From Trichosphaerium sp. ATCC 40318 (Eukaryota; Protista; Tubulinea): a stretch of 64,000 nt of DNA. Location of the stretch: NCBI GenBank assembly GCA_038496445.1, contig JALMLS010000155.1, forward strand, positions 124,001 to 188,000. The letters are read 5' to 3'. Both the position numbers and the translations under genes were made by a program. Below the pieces are notes generated by a model, which ran no database searches, had not been told where the DNA came from, and saw nothing but the letters and a program-made list of their open reading frames with translations. Of the stretch, positions 23,925 through 37,130 are shown piece by piece (within the stretch, counting starts at the first letter, position 1; every line of letters starts with the position of its first letter).

Positions 23925-25043
23925 ATGAGCAAAGCACAAAAGCTGTCACCACATATACTGCTTAACCAAACTACGCTGGTTTGGCTTCCTTACGAACTTA
24001 TACACGTGATATGTTAGCATAAAACATCTTTGTATGCTATTTTCACTTACATGGTTTTTTTTTTCAGGCAATTTTGGGTGTTTTAAAGAAACTGTAACAT
24101 TATCAAGTACCTGCAGTGCTTTAAACAAAGCTATAGCGCACGATTCTTTATGGAGAGGTACTAATCGCACGTCACGTGTTGTTTAAAATTGTACGACTAC
24201 GGTTAAAAACTACTAGCTTTGATGAACTCAAGATGGGGCCACGTAATAAAACAACAGTCGGAGAGCTATTTTCAAGCTTTTAAACGACTTCACAGAGTAC
24301 TTCACTGAAATCCGTTTCACTTCTTTTCCTTACAAGCTTAGTGTCAACAGAAAGTACCTGCAAATACTAATATGTATCATTGCGAAGACGATAAGTCCGT
24401 TGTTATTTACGTTCGTAAGTGGCAGTCTTTCTACTTATTGACCTTTTTGTAGCAATCTCGTTCCCACTTTTACGTTGAAACAGCTCCTTATGACATTAAC
24501 AGTTTCTATCTCACAGGTGCGTAATCATTGTTCTCTTAAGAACATTGTAATAAAGTACTAGATGGAAAAATAGCTCCTGATTGTGTGGGAAAGATGAAAG
24601 CAAAACCGAATGAAGATTATTCTGAGTATAAAATAAGAAGAGGTTTTGAGAAGATGATACGTGTTTCTAAGGAATGCTATTGTGTAGAAGTAAACACAAC
24701 TACTACGAGATGCTATGCTAGACTTAGAGATGCTCGACGTCCACGCATAAAGACGGTCAATACAATGACGGCTGAAGTTATACATCAAGGGAAAACAGTG
24801 GGAGACTTCTCTTTCACTACGAAGGGGGAAGAATTTCTTGATATGAATTATCAACTGTTCATATCTCCGTACGAGAAGAAACATGAGTGCTTTTTTGTAG
24901 CTCTTTTTTCTTCCTTACCTGCTAAGTTCTCACATAGGTGTGGCTGTTATTTATTTCTTTTGCTAATAAATCAACGTTCACGCTGGCCAATTGAGGGTGC
25001 AATGAGCTTTCCATTATACCACAACAGCATTTCGGGCTATTAA
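23925..25043 (+). CDS. F-box protein with unknown beta-rich C-terminal domain, multi-exon
   Basis: Spliced F-box LVWLPYELIHVICNFGCFKETVTLSSTCSALNKAIAHDSLWR. Further GT-AG introns join in frame to ORF 24585-25043. Confidence 0.75.
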
Positions 25044-25719
25044 TAAAATCGTTTGTTCTTACACATTGCTACAGATGTCTTCTAAATCCTCTGTCTTTTA
25101 GGTGGCATTTCACTGTTCTCTTCATTTACCTGTGTCAATACCATACGTTCTTAGTCTTCAGCCAGCTGATTACGCTTGAGAGCTCTCTTTAATGCATCAT
25201 ACAGCTCCTCACTCAACACCTCCATTGTTCACTAAATTAAAAATTAATCATATATAACCACAGTAGAAGTTCGCCACCTTCTTTGATATTGTTGACATTA
25301 AACACTATTTCAAAATGGTAGCAGGAGCGTTTTAACTTTGACACCTACTAGGTAGCATGTGTTAATGTATTACATTAGTATGTGGTGCGGCCGTTATCGC
25401 TTCTAAGGTTTTTACTAAATGGAAATTCATCTCATGCACGATTGCCAGAGAACTGTGCGCAAGTCGAGCATTTAACCACTTTACAGTGGTACAGGTTACG
25501 TGAACTTCACAAGCGAATCCTAATTGTACGTTCTTTTTTTTTAGTTAACCTTGCCACTAATATAGCCTTGTGATCGATATCTCGGACATTTAGGGTTTTC
25601 ACAAATTGATTATCTAGAAGGTTATATTTGATACTTTTTATTTTTTTTCATTATTTTGATAATAAATTAGATTACATTTCCTTTTCTCGTTGTGTTTGTT
25701 AGCATTCAACCATCAAAGT

Positions 25720-28700
25720 TCAATCACAGATCATCTCAACAATCTCTGAAAAGTCAGGTCTGTCTTCAGGCTTAAACTCCCTACGAATAGTAATGTTAAA
25801 TTAAAGCTGCCCTAACAGATAAAAAGTCCTTTGCAAACATACCAACAATTAATCATAAGATCTTTCCATTTCGGATCACAAGACTCCCTTATTTCAGGAG
25901 TCAATCCTTTATCTCTAATCTCAGCTGCAATAGTAAGCAACTGTTGATTCTTATGTGGTATTTGACGATGTAACAGCTCCCATACAAGTATTCCAAAACT
26001 CCAAACCTACAAAGCAGAAAGTTAGCAACTCACCAAAATCCAATTGATTGACTTTTGATTGACGTACGTCACTCTTGGAACTATAAGTCATGAGCATATT
26101 TTCAGGAGACATCCAAGGAATAGGTCCAAACGATGTTTGAGTAGCATCACTAACTGTACCATCTCTAGACATGCCGAAATCAGATATCTTAGGTACTTTA
26201 TTATCATCCAATAGGATGTTCCTAAAACGAGGTCAGAAAACAATCAAAAAGTAGTTCACTGAAGAAAAAAGGGCAAAAGAGTTGTCCAACGCGAAAGTTC
26301 GGTGGCTTAGCCGATTCTACTGTAAAAATTCTGTACCTGCATGCCAGATCCCTATGTACAATGTTGTGTACATGCAAGAATGCCATACTAAGTGAAAAAG
26401 TAAACACCCAACTAATCTAGACCGAAGTTTGTTGTACCCATCAACGATACCAGATATAAGTCTCACTAATTCTAGCTCTGGAAAGTCTTTTGTCAAGCTC
26501 TTATAATAGCCTGAAAGTGTTCCTCCAGAGTAGAACTCAAGTACAAGAAGTGGTTTTGATTGATACAATGAAAACCCTATTTCAAAAGTAAGAATCTACG
26601 TTTCAAGCAAACACTAGCTAATTTAGCTAGATAATTTGTATTCGTACCGATAACAGAAACAATATTAGTGTGTTTAGGAATACGAGCAGTGATTTCAACT
26701 TCTGCTAAAAACTCTGCGAGTTTGTCTCCAGCGAGACTATGGTTTAACTTTACAGCAACAAATTTAGTCTTATATGTGCACAAATGCACTGCACCAAACT
26801 GTCCTGAACCTAAAATAGTGTTAGAACATAATAAAATCAAGAACAAAGAAACTCAAAAGAAGGGGACCAAGGAACAGAGGAGAAAAGGTTTTATATCAGT
26901 ACCTAGTTCTTTCTTAAAAATAAGCTTTTCATAAGGTATCATTGCTCTTCCAGTATGATCTCCTTCCCTATCTCCACCAAAATCAGCATACCCAGATAGT
27001 TTTCCATCTCCATTAGGAGATCCTCTGTTAACAAACCAATGAGTTCAACTTTAAAGAAAAAATTCACAGAATACTGAAAGGGAATCACGTGAGTTTTGAT
27101 CAAACAGAACTTCAGTATGTTTTAGCTCACTATTTTATCGAAGTTGCCCAAGAGCAAGGTAAAGCTGAATAAGACAGCACAACGAGAAAAAACATGTGAG
27201 ATTTTCCTTACCCTTGTAATCCTGGGATACCATGATATTGAGACATTTCGTCATCAGTTACAGTGCCAACCTCCATTTCAGCTTGATTGCTAGGCTTTTC
27301 TTTGCTATTCTTTCTGCTCTTAAAAAAGAAGAAAGCTAACACCAGCACTACAATAAGTACTATCAAAACAGCAGCAATAAGACCAGCTAGCAGCGGTATT
27401 GAACTTCCAGCTAAACGTGAAGTACAATAAGTACACTCATCAATGTATACAAAAAAGATCGAATGTACTTTCAGGTGTTGTAGCAGCTGGAGCAGAGATA
27501 TTAATGTCAAACTCGATTGTGTGTTCTTCAGTTACTTGTTCTTTAGAACGCTTACTGTTTGGTATATCAATATTTAAAGCAAGATAAACCTCATAGGTTC
27601 CCACAACAGGAAACTGTTCAGATTCTACCTTAAAGGACAAGCAACGGGCTTAAAACAATCAAGTTAGTTGATTCTTAAGATTAAATCGTACTGAAAGCTG
27701 CTGGGCATTCTGAAGTTACTTCCACATCATCAATAACTACCTCACTTTGTCCTGGTCCTTCAACAGTTGAGTTTTCTACATCAACACCTAATGTAGATAG
27801 AGTATTGTCTTTACTTGCAGCAACACCAATAAACACAAACTCGTCAACTGCAAAATTAGTTGCCACAGAATTCAATTCAGGATCAGTAGCTACTCTGACT
27901 ACAACACTCAATTGAAGTGGTACTGGTACTTCTGTTGTTGGTACTGCTAGCGTTGTTGGTGGTAGTGTTGTTGGCGGTAATGATGTAGGTGGTAGTGTTG
28001 TCGGTGGTAATGATGTTGGTGGTAGTGTTGTTGATGTTGGAGCTACTGTTGTTGGTGATAGTGTTGTTGGTGGTAGCGTTGTTGGTATCCCAGTGAACAT
28101 AACAGGAGCAAGAGTACTTGGTGTTGCAGTTGATATTATTGGTGCTAGAGTACTCGGACTATCACCAGGACAGAGTATAAGTGGGTTTAATCTAAGTCAT
28201 TTTGAGTGTCAAGTCTCAAACAAAACAAAAAAAGTAAACAGTACGCACGACCAAAGCTGTTCACCAACTACAGAACCATCTTCTTTACCAAGAAAACTAA
28301 TAAGCGATCCAGCGTTACTAGGAGCAATGTATGACATGGTTTCAAATTCTGGGCATGGAAATACGTCAGACACACCAGCAGTAGTGTCGTAGAATCCAAC
28401 AGTAAAAAGGGTTGAATTTCTTTTAACCACATAAAACAAGTCAAGTCCAACACACAACAAAGAGTCTTCATCGGGTTCCATTGAAGAAAATATCGCCTTA
28501 GGTGTACCTATAGTACAATTAGAATAGATTACCAAACGAAAAACAGATAATAAATCATTTGACGTACCTGCAGCAACTTCGATGCTGGTACCATTCAAAA
28601 AACAAAGAGAACCATTAGCAGGAAAATCACATATAAAGTAAACCTGAAAAGAAACACAACGTTAATTAAAGGAATGTTCGTTTATACAACAGTACCAAGT

Positions 28701-29757
28701 TATCGCACACAGTAAGATGTCTAGGGTTCAAGATACTTCCGCTTAGAGTGCTATCTGTAGCAGTCTGGGTCGTAGTTCCCGATCGGATAAAAACTTGAGA
28801 GAATCCAGTACTAGCACCAATCCAAACAAGACTGCTTCCATCGCTTACAATAAACCGTCCAATCCTGTGTGTCGTAGATATATTTGAAACAATAGAGAAT
28901 GTTGCAGCTGCTATATTCACCTCATGTAATCGAGGTGTTTCACTCGGCAAAGTAGCTACAGGAAAAAAATTAGCAAACCAAAAAACACGTGCAATAAACA
29001 AAGAAGATTAAACGTCTAGACATACTAACAGCTCGAAAATATGCATTCCCGCTTAATCCAACAACCTCTGTGAAGAGATCAGAAGGTGAAGGCATCTCTC
29101 CTGGCTGAGGAAAGATTTGTAGTTGGACAAAAGAAGTAGCTCCATCCTTAGCCAGAAACAAATCATAACGAGAATCAACAAGCAAGGCAGAAAAGAAGAC
29201 AGTGGAATCCACCACAAATACTCTAAGTATTTCTGATACATTCACAGGTGGTGGAGTGCCTGTTAGGAAAGGCTCTACGGTACCACCAGGTGAGCTATAT
29301 TTAAAGCTATACAGCGAGTAAGGTTCAAAACATTAGCAGAAAAATAAAGAAGAAAAAAACGTGAGACGTCCACGTTTTTTAAGTGCAACCGTCATTGCAC
29401 GTACATATTCCATGCAGGAGGGTCAGAAGCGTTATTTAGTGCAGCAAATACTACCACATTTGCGTCAAACTGACGAAAATCTTTGTAGTTTGTGAGGTTT
29501 GTATCAATTGGCAATTCTATTGATGAATCTGGCTTTGCGAGGCCACTAATATCGCCAGCGGCTACCTCCACAGTAAAGAATAATGATCCCGCACCGTATC
29601 TAAGCCCCGCCAGGTCTTGTAAATAGTTTGGTGCGCCAATAACAGTTCCAAGGGTATACGATTGCGCTTAAGGGATGTTAGAGCACATTGGTAAAACAAT
29701 AAGGTTACCTGTGACAGTAACTACAACCAAAAACAGCAAAGCTAAGCGCTCTAACAT
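25720..29757 (-). CDS. Receptor tyrosine-kinase-like protein (signal peptide, beta-propeller-like ectodomain, mucin stalk, TM, kinase)
   Basis: Signal MLERLALLFLVVVTVT, P/T-rich stalk and TM LLAGLIAAVLIVLIVVLVLAFFFF. Kinase motifs LGSGQFG, VAVK, HRDLACRNILL, DFGMSR, GPIPWMSPE, SKSDVWSFG and RPDF. Confidence 0.92.
27950..28090 (-). repeat. 15-bp coding tandem repeat (PTTLP/PTSLP mucin-like stalk)
   Basis: Repeated GGTAGTGTTGTTGGT-like units on the + strand. Confidence 0.85.
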
Positions 29758-29864
29758 TTGTACGTAATTTGGAGGTTTGTGGTTATAATTCCATTGATTT
29801 CTATTATTGCTCCTTTTTTTGTTAAGGCAGCTACCAAACAACTACAAAAAACGCACTAGACACC

Positions 29865-30354
29865 ATGGCGAATTACATTGCAGCTGCGATCGTTGGTATA
29901 CATCAATACAGCGCTTTTGAGTTTTTTTGACAGTTGTTACGCTTGTAGGTGCAGGAGGCATAATGGGTTATGTTAAATCAGGTAGTAAGGCTAGTATAAT
30001 AGCGGGTCTTGGGTCTGGTACGCTGTAACTACGACATTTAGAAGTTTATCGTTTTACAGCATCTGTAATTTGTATCAGCCACTACTTTGCTTCTATTGCT
30101 GCGCCTGGCGAAGGTGCCGTTGCGAAAAGTTTTACGATGGGTTCGTTTTTTTGAACAAAAAAAAAGTGATATCCTAATACTCTCTAGGTATGTGGGGTGT
30201 ACTTTTGAGTACGTAAAAAGGTTTGTTTGTGTCATTAACCAATACAGTCATGATGGGAATGAAATATTATCGTGGTGGGAAATTCATGCCTGCAGGCCTT
30301 GTAGCAACTATAGCATTGGCTTTGTTGGCTTTGAATCTACTCAATTACGCCTAG
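29865..30354 (+). CDS. TMEM14: TMEM14/FAX family small membrane protein, 5 exons
   Basis: Spliced GAGGIMGYVKSGSKASIIAGLGS and MGMKYYRGGKFMPAGLVA signature motifs. Includes a 22-nt micro-exon. Confidence 0.92.
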
Positions 30355-30481
30355 ACGCTATAGTAGAAGAATCAAAAAGGGTCACACGTCACGCAAAAAA
30401 GAAGAATGTTGCCCGCATCTACGCTGTAATTTTTCTAGTAATGTACAGTTTTATTCACACAACAGAGCATTTAGATTCTTT

Positions 30482-32064
30482 TTACACATGCTTTAATCTA
30501 TCTACTATTTGTTCAAGAGTGCGTGGCTTACTTCTAAGGTCATTCTACATTGTATAAGTGTCAAGAACAACAAAGGACAAAAAAAAATGTCATACCAAAA
30601 TCGCTTGTAAATCAGAGTCGCTTCCACTGAATCCATCCTTACATATGACTTCCATAATTCTATCACCACAAAGTCTATATGTGTTAGTTGATGGTACACA
30701 AATGTAAATAGAAATAGCGTACCCTGGGTAACTCATAGGAAGAAAAACACTCCATGTCACTTCATTTTCAGTTGTAAATGTCACTTGTTGACACCCAGCA
30801 AAAATGTTGCTTGTTGATCTCCAGTTGACACGAACATTATGCCTAGATAACGAATCAATAAAGCAAAATAAAAAAAATGAATATAGAAATGTAACCGGTG
30901 AAGAAAGGTTCAAAATGCCTTGTACTAAAAAAAAATAAACGTGCCTGCTCTCGATTACAGCAATTTCTCTTTGCCTTCTTAAAAACGTTTCAGTACGTTC
31001 TCTAAGAGATCCCAAAAGTGCATACAAGTCACTTGCGTCAAGTTCCAAATCAGCTTGAGCCATAGGCGGTGTCACCTTTAAAAAACATTCATAAGCATTC
31101 ATCGAAAACATTTAACGCAAAAACAAGTACCTCCAGTCGGTGAAGGCGTAGCGAACCTCCCGCGTGGCTAAATGTGATCTTGATTGTCTGCTCAATAGGT
31201 TCTGCAATACTACCTTGAGAGAAGGAATACCAGTTTTGTACAATCACTTGAGTTTCTGTAGGTCCTGTGACTACCAAATCGGCCAAGTTGGTGAGGTAGT
31301 GAATCTACAAAAAAAAGAACAAAATGAGCGAACGATCTTGTAAAGAAGTGCTTGTTGTCTCACCTTTGGGTCTTCTTGTTCGGAAACAGAGAGGTTTTCT
31401 ACGCTGCTAGTCAATGCGTTGATGGAATGGGCCGTGTGATCGGCTGTATCGGGACCAGAGACGCTGCGTTGAACTTTCTCTAGATTTGAACGCAGACGCT
31501 CTCGGCTTTCTTCAATCCGCTCTGCGACTAACCAACGAGTGAGATTGGCTCGTCAAGATTGGCATCGTGTACCTTGTATGGCGTTTAAAGCTAGTTTTTC
31601 TGTCTCTTCGCGAACGCTGTGCGAGCGAGGAGGCTCAGTATTAATGTTTTGAGTGTATTCCTCTGTAATTGGTGATAAGTTGATCAAACAGTAAATCTTC
31701 AACAAACTGTACCTAGTTCTTCCTCTGTTGGCATAGGACGAGCGATGAGATGGCATAGGATGGCTTTCATTCTTAAAAGTTCCTTACGTTCTTCGCGCAA
31801 TTTGACCATTTTCACCTTTTGTCGGTTAGAAATCAGCTTAATACGTACAAGTACGCGTACATATGCTACTTGAGCCTGTTCATTTATTTCTGAGGCCTCT
31901 TCAGCAGAAAGAGACGCATGCTTTGTATAAGATACACCATGTGTTTTATTGAGTTCGCTACTACACTCAGAAAGCAAATATACGCTTTTTGCGTACCTAA
32001 CGTATTTATCGGTTGCTATTACACTTGAACCAAAGCTTAATCTTCTAATAACTTCTGTGCTCAT
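30482..32064 (-). CDS. Coiled-coil protein with possible C-terminal RWD-like domain(s), multi-exon
   Basis: Consistent GT-AG exon chain. Coiled coils KLREERKELLRMK and ERIEESRERLRSNLEK. C-terminal alpha/beta region with WSVFLPMSYPG (RWD-type YP motif). Confidence 0.65.
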
Positions 32065-32293
32065 AGTACGCGTCTAATTGCTGTGCTGGCGGGAAATTCA
32101 AAAAAATTACCGAAAAATCTGTCCCGTCAATTTCAACAGTTTTCTTTTCCCAAACTCTTCTTTTTGTTCCTAAATACGCGAATGTCGCTGAATAAAATTA
32201 TTCTTATACTCGTACCGACAAAGAGTATTTGAGTGAAAAATGAATGAAATCAGTAAAAGAAGGACTTGTTGTAAAAAATCACTATCTCGTTTA

Positions 32294-33571
32294 TTATCTA
32301 ACTGAAAGATCTGTAAGCCAAGTCCTAAATACACCAATAGCAGCCCTCAAGTACCCTTTCCAAGTCTCTGCTTCTGCAGCATTCTGTGCCTTAAATACAA
32401 AACCCCTTTGTTTATCCTGATATGAAACACGAAGCAATTCAATCTCTGTCCCATCACCTTGTAGGTTACCTACGGCGCTATTTTTACTTAATGATATCTT
32501 TCCTTTCATCTCTCCTCCTTTTTGTATGTAATACTCCAAGTAAACATCCAAAGAGCCATTAGAGAGGTTAGTTTTTAGTTCAAAGTATCTTGGATTCCAT
32601 TTTTTGAGCCAGTCTGATTGCTTTTGTAAAATCCCAGTGAATTGGACTTGAATGCCTTCTGTAAATATAAGACCTGGTTGTGCTCTAGGTGGTGGTCCAC
32701 CTGGTCTTTGTTCAGGCCATCGAATAACGAAATCAGGGTCATCTCTAAGCGGTGTATCAAGGAGAGAAGACAAGTTAAACTCAACATTATTATCACAAGT
32801 CCAAGCCTAAAACAGTACTAAGTTAACCTCACAACGCATATATCTCAGTAATAATGGTGTGTTTAGACGGTGACTACGTAAAACACGTGTATTGGAAGCA
32901 AAAAAATTACTAGCGAGAAAATTACGTAGCGAAAAATGAGTGCTCGTAGCTACAATGTTTCGAAAAAATTAATCAGGAATGCTTTTAAAAAAAATAACAC
33001 GTGCCTCTCCAACCGTCATAGAAAACGGTACAGCTAGTTGTGTTTTTTCCATAGAAATACGCTCAGCCCATGCTGAGTGCTGAACGAGATATGGTCTTGC
33101 GAGACAGAGGTAAAACGATACTTCTGTGCCGTGAAATTCGAAAAAATAGGCGATACATGTTTTAAATAGCTCTGATGCCTTTACATTTTGCATAACGTCA
33201 CCTAGTGTGTCATGTGGTCTCATCGAAAGCACCAGTTGATCTGGTGGAGGGTGGCTAGCAATGAACTCTGGTGAATAAAAATTTTTGCCTGAAACAAAAG
33301 CCGTTTAGCGATAGTTTAAAATAGTGACGTTGTAATTGGTATTCTTGTTACAGTTTATAAAAAGGAAAACAGCTCTTTGTTTTACCATCAAAATAGCTGT
33401 TTTGAGCTCGCAAACGTGCATTTTAATCAATATTGGAATAGTATAAGGAATTCTTGTACCTGGATCGTAAAAGTGCTTATTAATGTCTCTGATCGTCACT
33501 TCGATGGTAGATGGGTATTGTACTGGCTCTGCTGTCGGATTAGATGCTCCAGCAAACTGTGGCTCTGCCAT
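32294..33571 (-). CDS. PH-domain protein with possible N-terminal ubiquitin-like region, 3 exons
   Basis: FTGILQKQSDWLKKWNPRYFEL...FVFKAQNAAEAETWKGYLRAAI is a canonical PH pattern. The N-terminal exon has IEVTIRD...MHVCELKTAI. Confidence 0.8.
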
Positions 33572-33876
33572 TATGCTCCTACAGCGTTATGTGAGTTTAC
33601 AGGGTATATAGCCGCTTTCTTACGCGATAAAGTATGGTATTAACGTCAATAGCAAATGTTTAGTAGTAATTAACGCCTGGCAAGCAAACTACAGACGCCT
33701 GTCTATAGGCGAAACAACGTGTAAATATACGACTTTTCTGCTATCGAATTAAGTCAGTTGGCTACTAAACCACTTGCTCAACATAGACACTTACGCTGCC
33801 ATGCTAAGGCACTCACAAGGGCACCACACGACTATCAGTTGTTTACAGTGAGATGAATTTATTTGACACTCGAAGT

Positions 33877-35875
33877 TCAGTCAGAGTCAGTTAGGGGTCT
33901 AGAGGGACTTCAGGCTCTTTCTTAGGCTTACGCAATTTAGCTATTTCAGCTAGCATAGCTTTCCTGTGTCCTGGTTTTCCAATACCAATCGTCTAAAGAC
34001 TCTCATTAGCTCAACAACCAAAAGATAAAAAACCAAAGACTTTTAGGTTAAAATTATTGTACCATCAAATCATCATCTTTGCAGTACTTGAGAGTCTTCA
34101 TGTCGTAACCATGTTCTTCAAACTTATCATAGTAATCTTTTATAAACGTTAGCAAAACAGCGAAGTTGAGAATGTTGACAAAAATTCAAGTAAACCCTTA
34201 CGTTCGTAACCGAAGGACTTTAGCCAGGTAAGTACTGGATCAGTATTGAATCCATTGTCATTTATTCCCGGCTCGTCTTCAGTCACAATTCCTTCAGTTG
34301 GACCTACAGCCGCTTCTGCTTTCTCTTTAATGCGTGTGTATGTTAACCATTTTTCTCTGCCTCGTGCATGGAACACCAGAGTTGCAATAACCACACAAAG
34401 GAATATAATGGCGATCACAAAGCCAAAGATAATTCCACTAATACCAACGAGGTAAGATTAATTGCACATGAGTGCCAAAAAAAAAGAAAATTGCAACAAG
34501 AAAAAGAAGCAATAGAGCCTTACAGTTCTCTGCCATGCATTGGCCCTTTAAACCCTTGTGGGTCATTTGTTGGCGCAAACTAATACACATGAGTTTGATT
34601 TTATTGAGGAACGTACTGTAGGTGCTACAGGTGGAGTAGGTGCCGCCTAAAAAATAAGCATTAATTTCTTCTTTGTAAATTGTGAAAGAAAAACTTCGTA
34701 CTGTGGTTGGCGGATTGGTTGGTGCAATAGTTGTAGGTGCAGCTGTTGTTGGTTGCACGGTTGGTGAGTCTACTGGTGCATCAGCAGGCGCTTCAGAAGG
34801 TGCTTCAGAAGGTTCTTCAGAAGGCGCATCGGAAGGTGCTTCAGAAGGTGCATCAGAAGGCGCCTCAGAAGGTACGCTCCCTCCTGGACAAGCAACACCA
34901 GATGATAAGTACATATGAAAAATGTCGTCTCCATTGGCTTGAGTGAAATTCACTGTAACGTCACTGGTAGGCGCTATTTTTTTAGATTAAACGGAGCTTA
35001 GTAGTGTTTGAGACGTTGACTACTTACCTCCTTGATCGCACATTATCCATACCTCTGTCATACGCACACCAGCGTCTGGGATAGGTTGTCCACCTCCTAA
35101 ATGACGTCTTTTAATTTTGCGAATAGTAATTGTTTTGCACAAAAAGATACGCACTGTATTGAAGGTGTACTCCTTCTCCATTGTCCAGGCCCTAGTGTGT
35201 TTATTATGATCGGTGTAATTAGCACTTTTTTTGCAAACGCACAATGACTTTCGAATCAGGTGAGTCTGCAAAACCAAGGGAAGCCTAATAAACGTCAAGA
35301 ATTATTCACAAGGTATAGCTCGTATACCTCACTGTCACGACTACCAAAGGCACCCTTTCAATAGGAGTTATAAGACGATAAAAAATAATGTACTAAAAAC
35401 TGTACCCAAGATTGACAGCTACTACCTGAGGAATGTAAGTTTGCGTATGGTGGGTTGTTTGGAAAATTCCAGTTGCTATTTCAAATCTCAAAAGAAAAGC
35501 AAAACTCTTTTTAATCGAAAACAAATACGTACTGAAGTCTTCTGAGCCGCAGTGTACTTGATCAATATCCTTGCAGATGTATTAATGTACAATATAGCGC
35601 TGTGTTTGTACAAATTAGCGTACCGCACATATTGTGAGCTTGAAATCGTAATTGCCTTGTCCTATTGGCACTTGTTTTACTTCTAGTGTTTGCGCTACAT
35701 TTTTTTTTTAATAATAATTACTAACGGATGTATTACATGTTAGAGACGCCAGATTATACGTCGATTGGTCACTAGCAACAATATTGGAACAATCCATCGC
35801 CCTTTTCACCTGTTGGCCATTAACGCAAGAAATGACACCTAGCAAACATAGCAAGATGCACAGTCGTAGTGACAT
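33877..35875 (-). CDS. Type I membrane protein: MRH (mannose-6-phosphate-receptor homology) domain, PSEA repeats, TM and cytoplasmic SAM domain
   Basis: Signal MSLRLCILLCLLGVISCVNG. MRH-like STYNLASL...YDFKLTIC...GVHLQYRGG...RMTEVWIMC...FHMYLSSGVACP. 12-bp EAPS repeat at ~34785-34872. SAM-like VLTWLKSFGYE...YYDKFEEHGYDMKTL...DL..IGIGKPGHRKAML. Confidence 0.82.
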
Positions 35876-35988
35876 ATCAGACACTTACATTAATATTCAA
35901 GCAGCAAATGTGCGAAGTAAAGTTAGGGACAATACCACGCATGACAGACACGTATTCAAAGAACGACCTTGTCCATAAACACAGTACC

Positions 35989-36855
35989 ATGTCTGACATT
36001 CAATTCTTGGCCTGTGAAAATTTTAGAGATACTGGTAAGGCGCTTGATAGCCTTGGTCAAGATGCTCGGTGTAAAGGCTTAAAACTCCCTCACGGGCGTA
36101 TAGTACGCGGTGGAAAGATAGGTATGACTTGTTAGGCGATTTTATGCTCGTTTTTAAAAATACAACAGCTTAATACGTTACGTACCTAGATCTATGCGGT
36201 GCAAAGGATATAGGACTACCTAATACTGTTTTTAATCTAAAACTTGGACCTGATGATCCAAACGCCGAAATATTCGCTAAACACAAGGCTACAGGGATCC
36301 AAGAAGCAATAGCAAATAGTATAGACAAGTACAATGTACGTCCTGAAGCGAATTAGCTCGTATTATTCAGCGAAAAAAACAAATCAAGCTTACCAATCTC
36401 AGACAAAAGACAAAGATGTCAGAGAATGGATAACAAGAACTCTACAAAAAGTAATAGAAGTACCACAAGATCGTTACCCTATAATGTTCCATTGTGCAGC
36501 CGGAAAGTAAGTAATCACGTGACCACATCGAAAGCTTATAGTCGCTGTCCTAAAAAACCCAAGTTGAAAAAAAAGTTATTTCTTACTGATTGTTTGTGAA
36601 AGAGATCGCACCGGCATAATAGTTGCTGTCATCCTTTTGATCATTGGTTTCCCACTTGATATTGTATTGGAAGAGTTTAGACTTAGCAAGGGAGAGTTCC
36701 ATGGAGATATTGAAGCCGCATTAGCTCCTATTCATCCAAACCCGCGGAGTTACCTCAGGAATAAGGTAAACACAAAGAAAAGCACATCCTTTATCTTAAC
36801 GTTATGTTTCCAGGTGAACACTGGTCTACTAAAAAAGAATGTTCTTGGTCTTTGA
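35989..36855 (+). CDS. Tyrosine/lipid phosphatase, Y_phosphatase3 (PtpB/IphP-like) family
   Basis: N-terminal ENFRDTG. Catalytic loop MFHCAAGKDRTG is split by intron 36508-36602. Confidence 0.9.
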
Positions 36856-37130
36856 AAATACTAGCGTACGACTAAAGAGACGAATCCACCACGTGATGAT
36901 CACCGTAAAATTGTTGTGTCAAAAAACCAAAAAAAAAAAAATAAAAAAAAGCCTTAAAAGTGACGCCATAAGTAAATTACAAAAACAACAATATCGGAGT
37001 TGTTACATAGGCACCACTGGCTCGGTGATAATACTTTTATCCATTCATATACAGTGGTGACGCCTAACTTGGTTATATTTTCAAAACAACAACCTCATCA
37101 TTGAAGGCCTATTTTAGCGCCTCTAACGCA

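Noticed and set aside
25080-25450. Minus-strand fragment ending MPPKRQRI*
   Set aside because: No consistent upstream exons or start.
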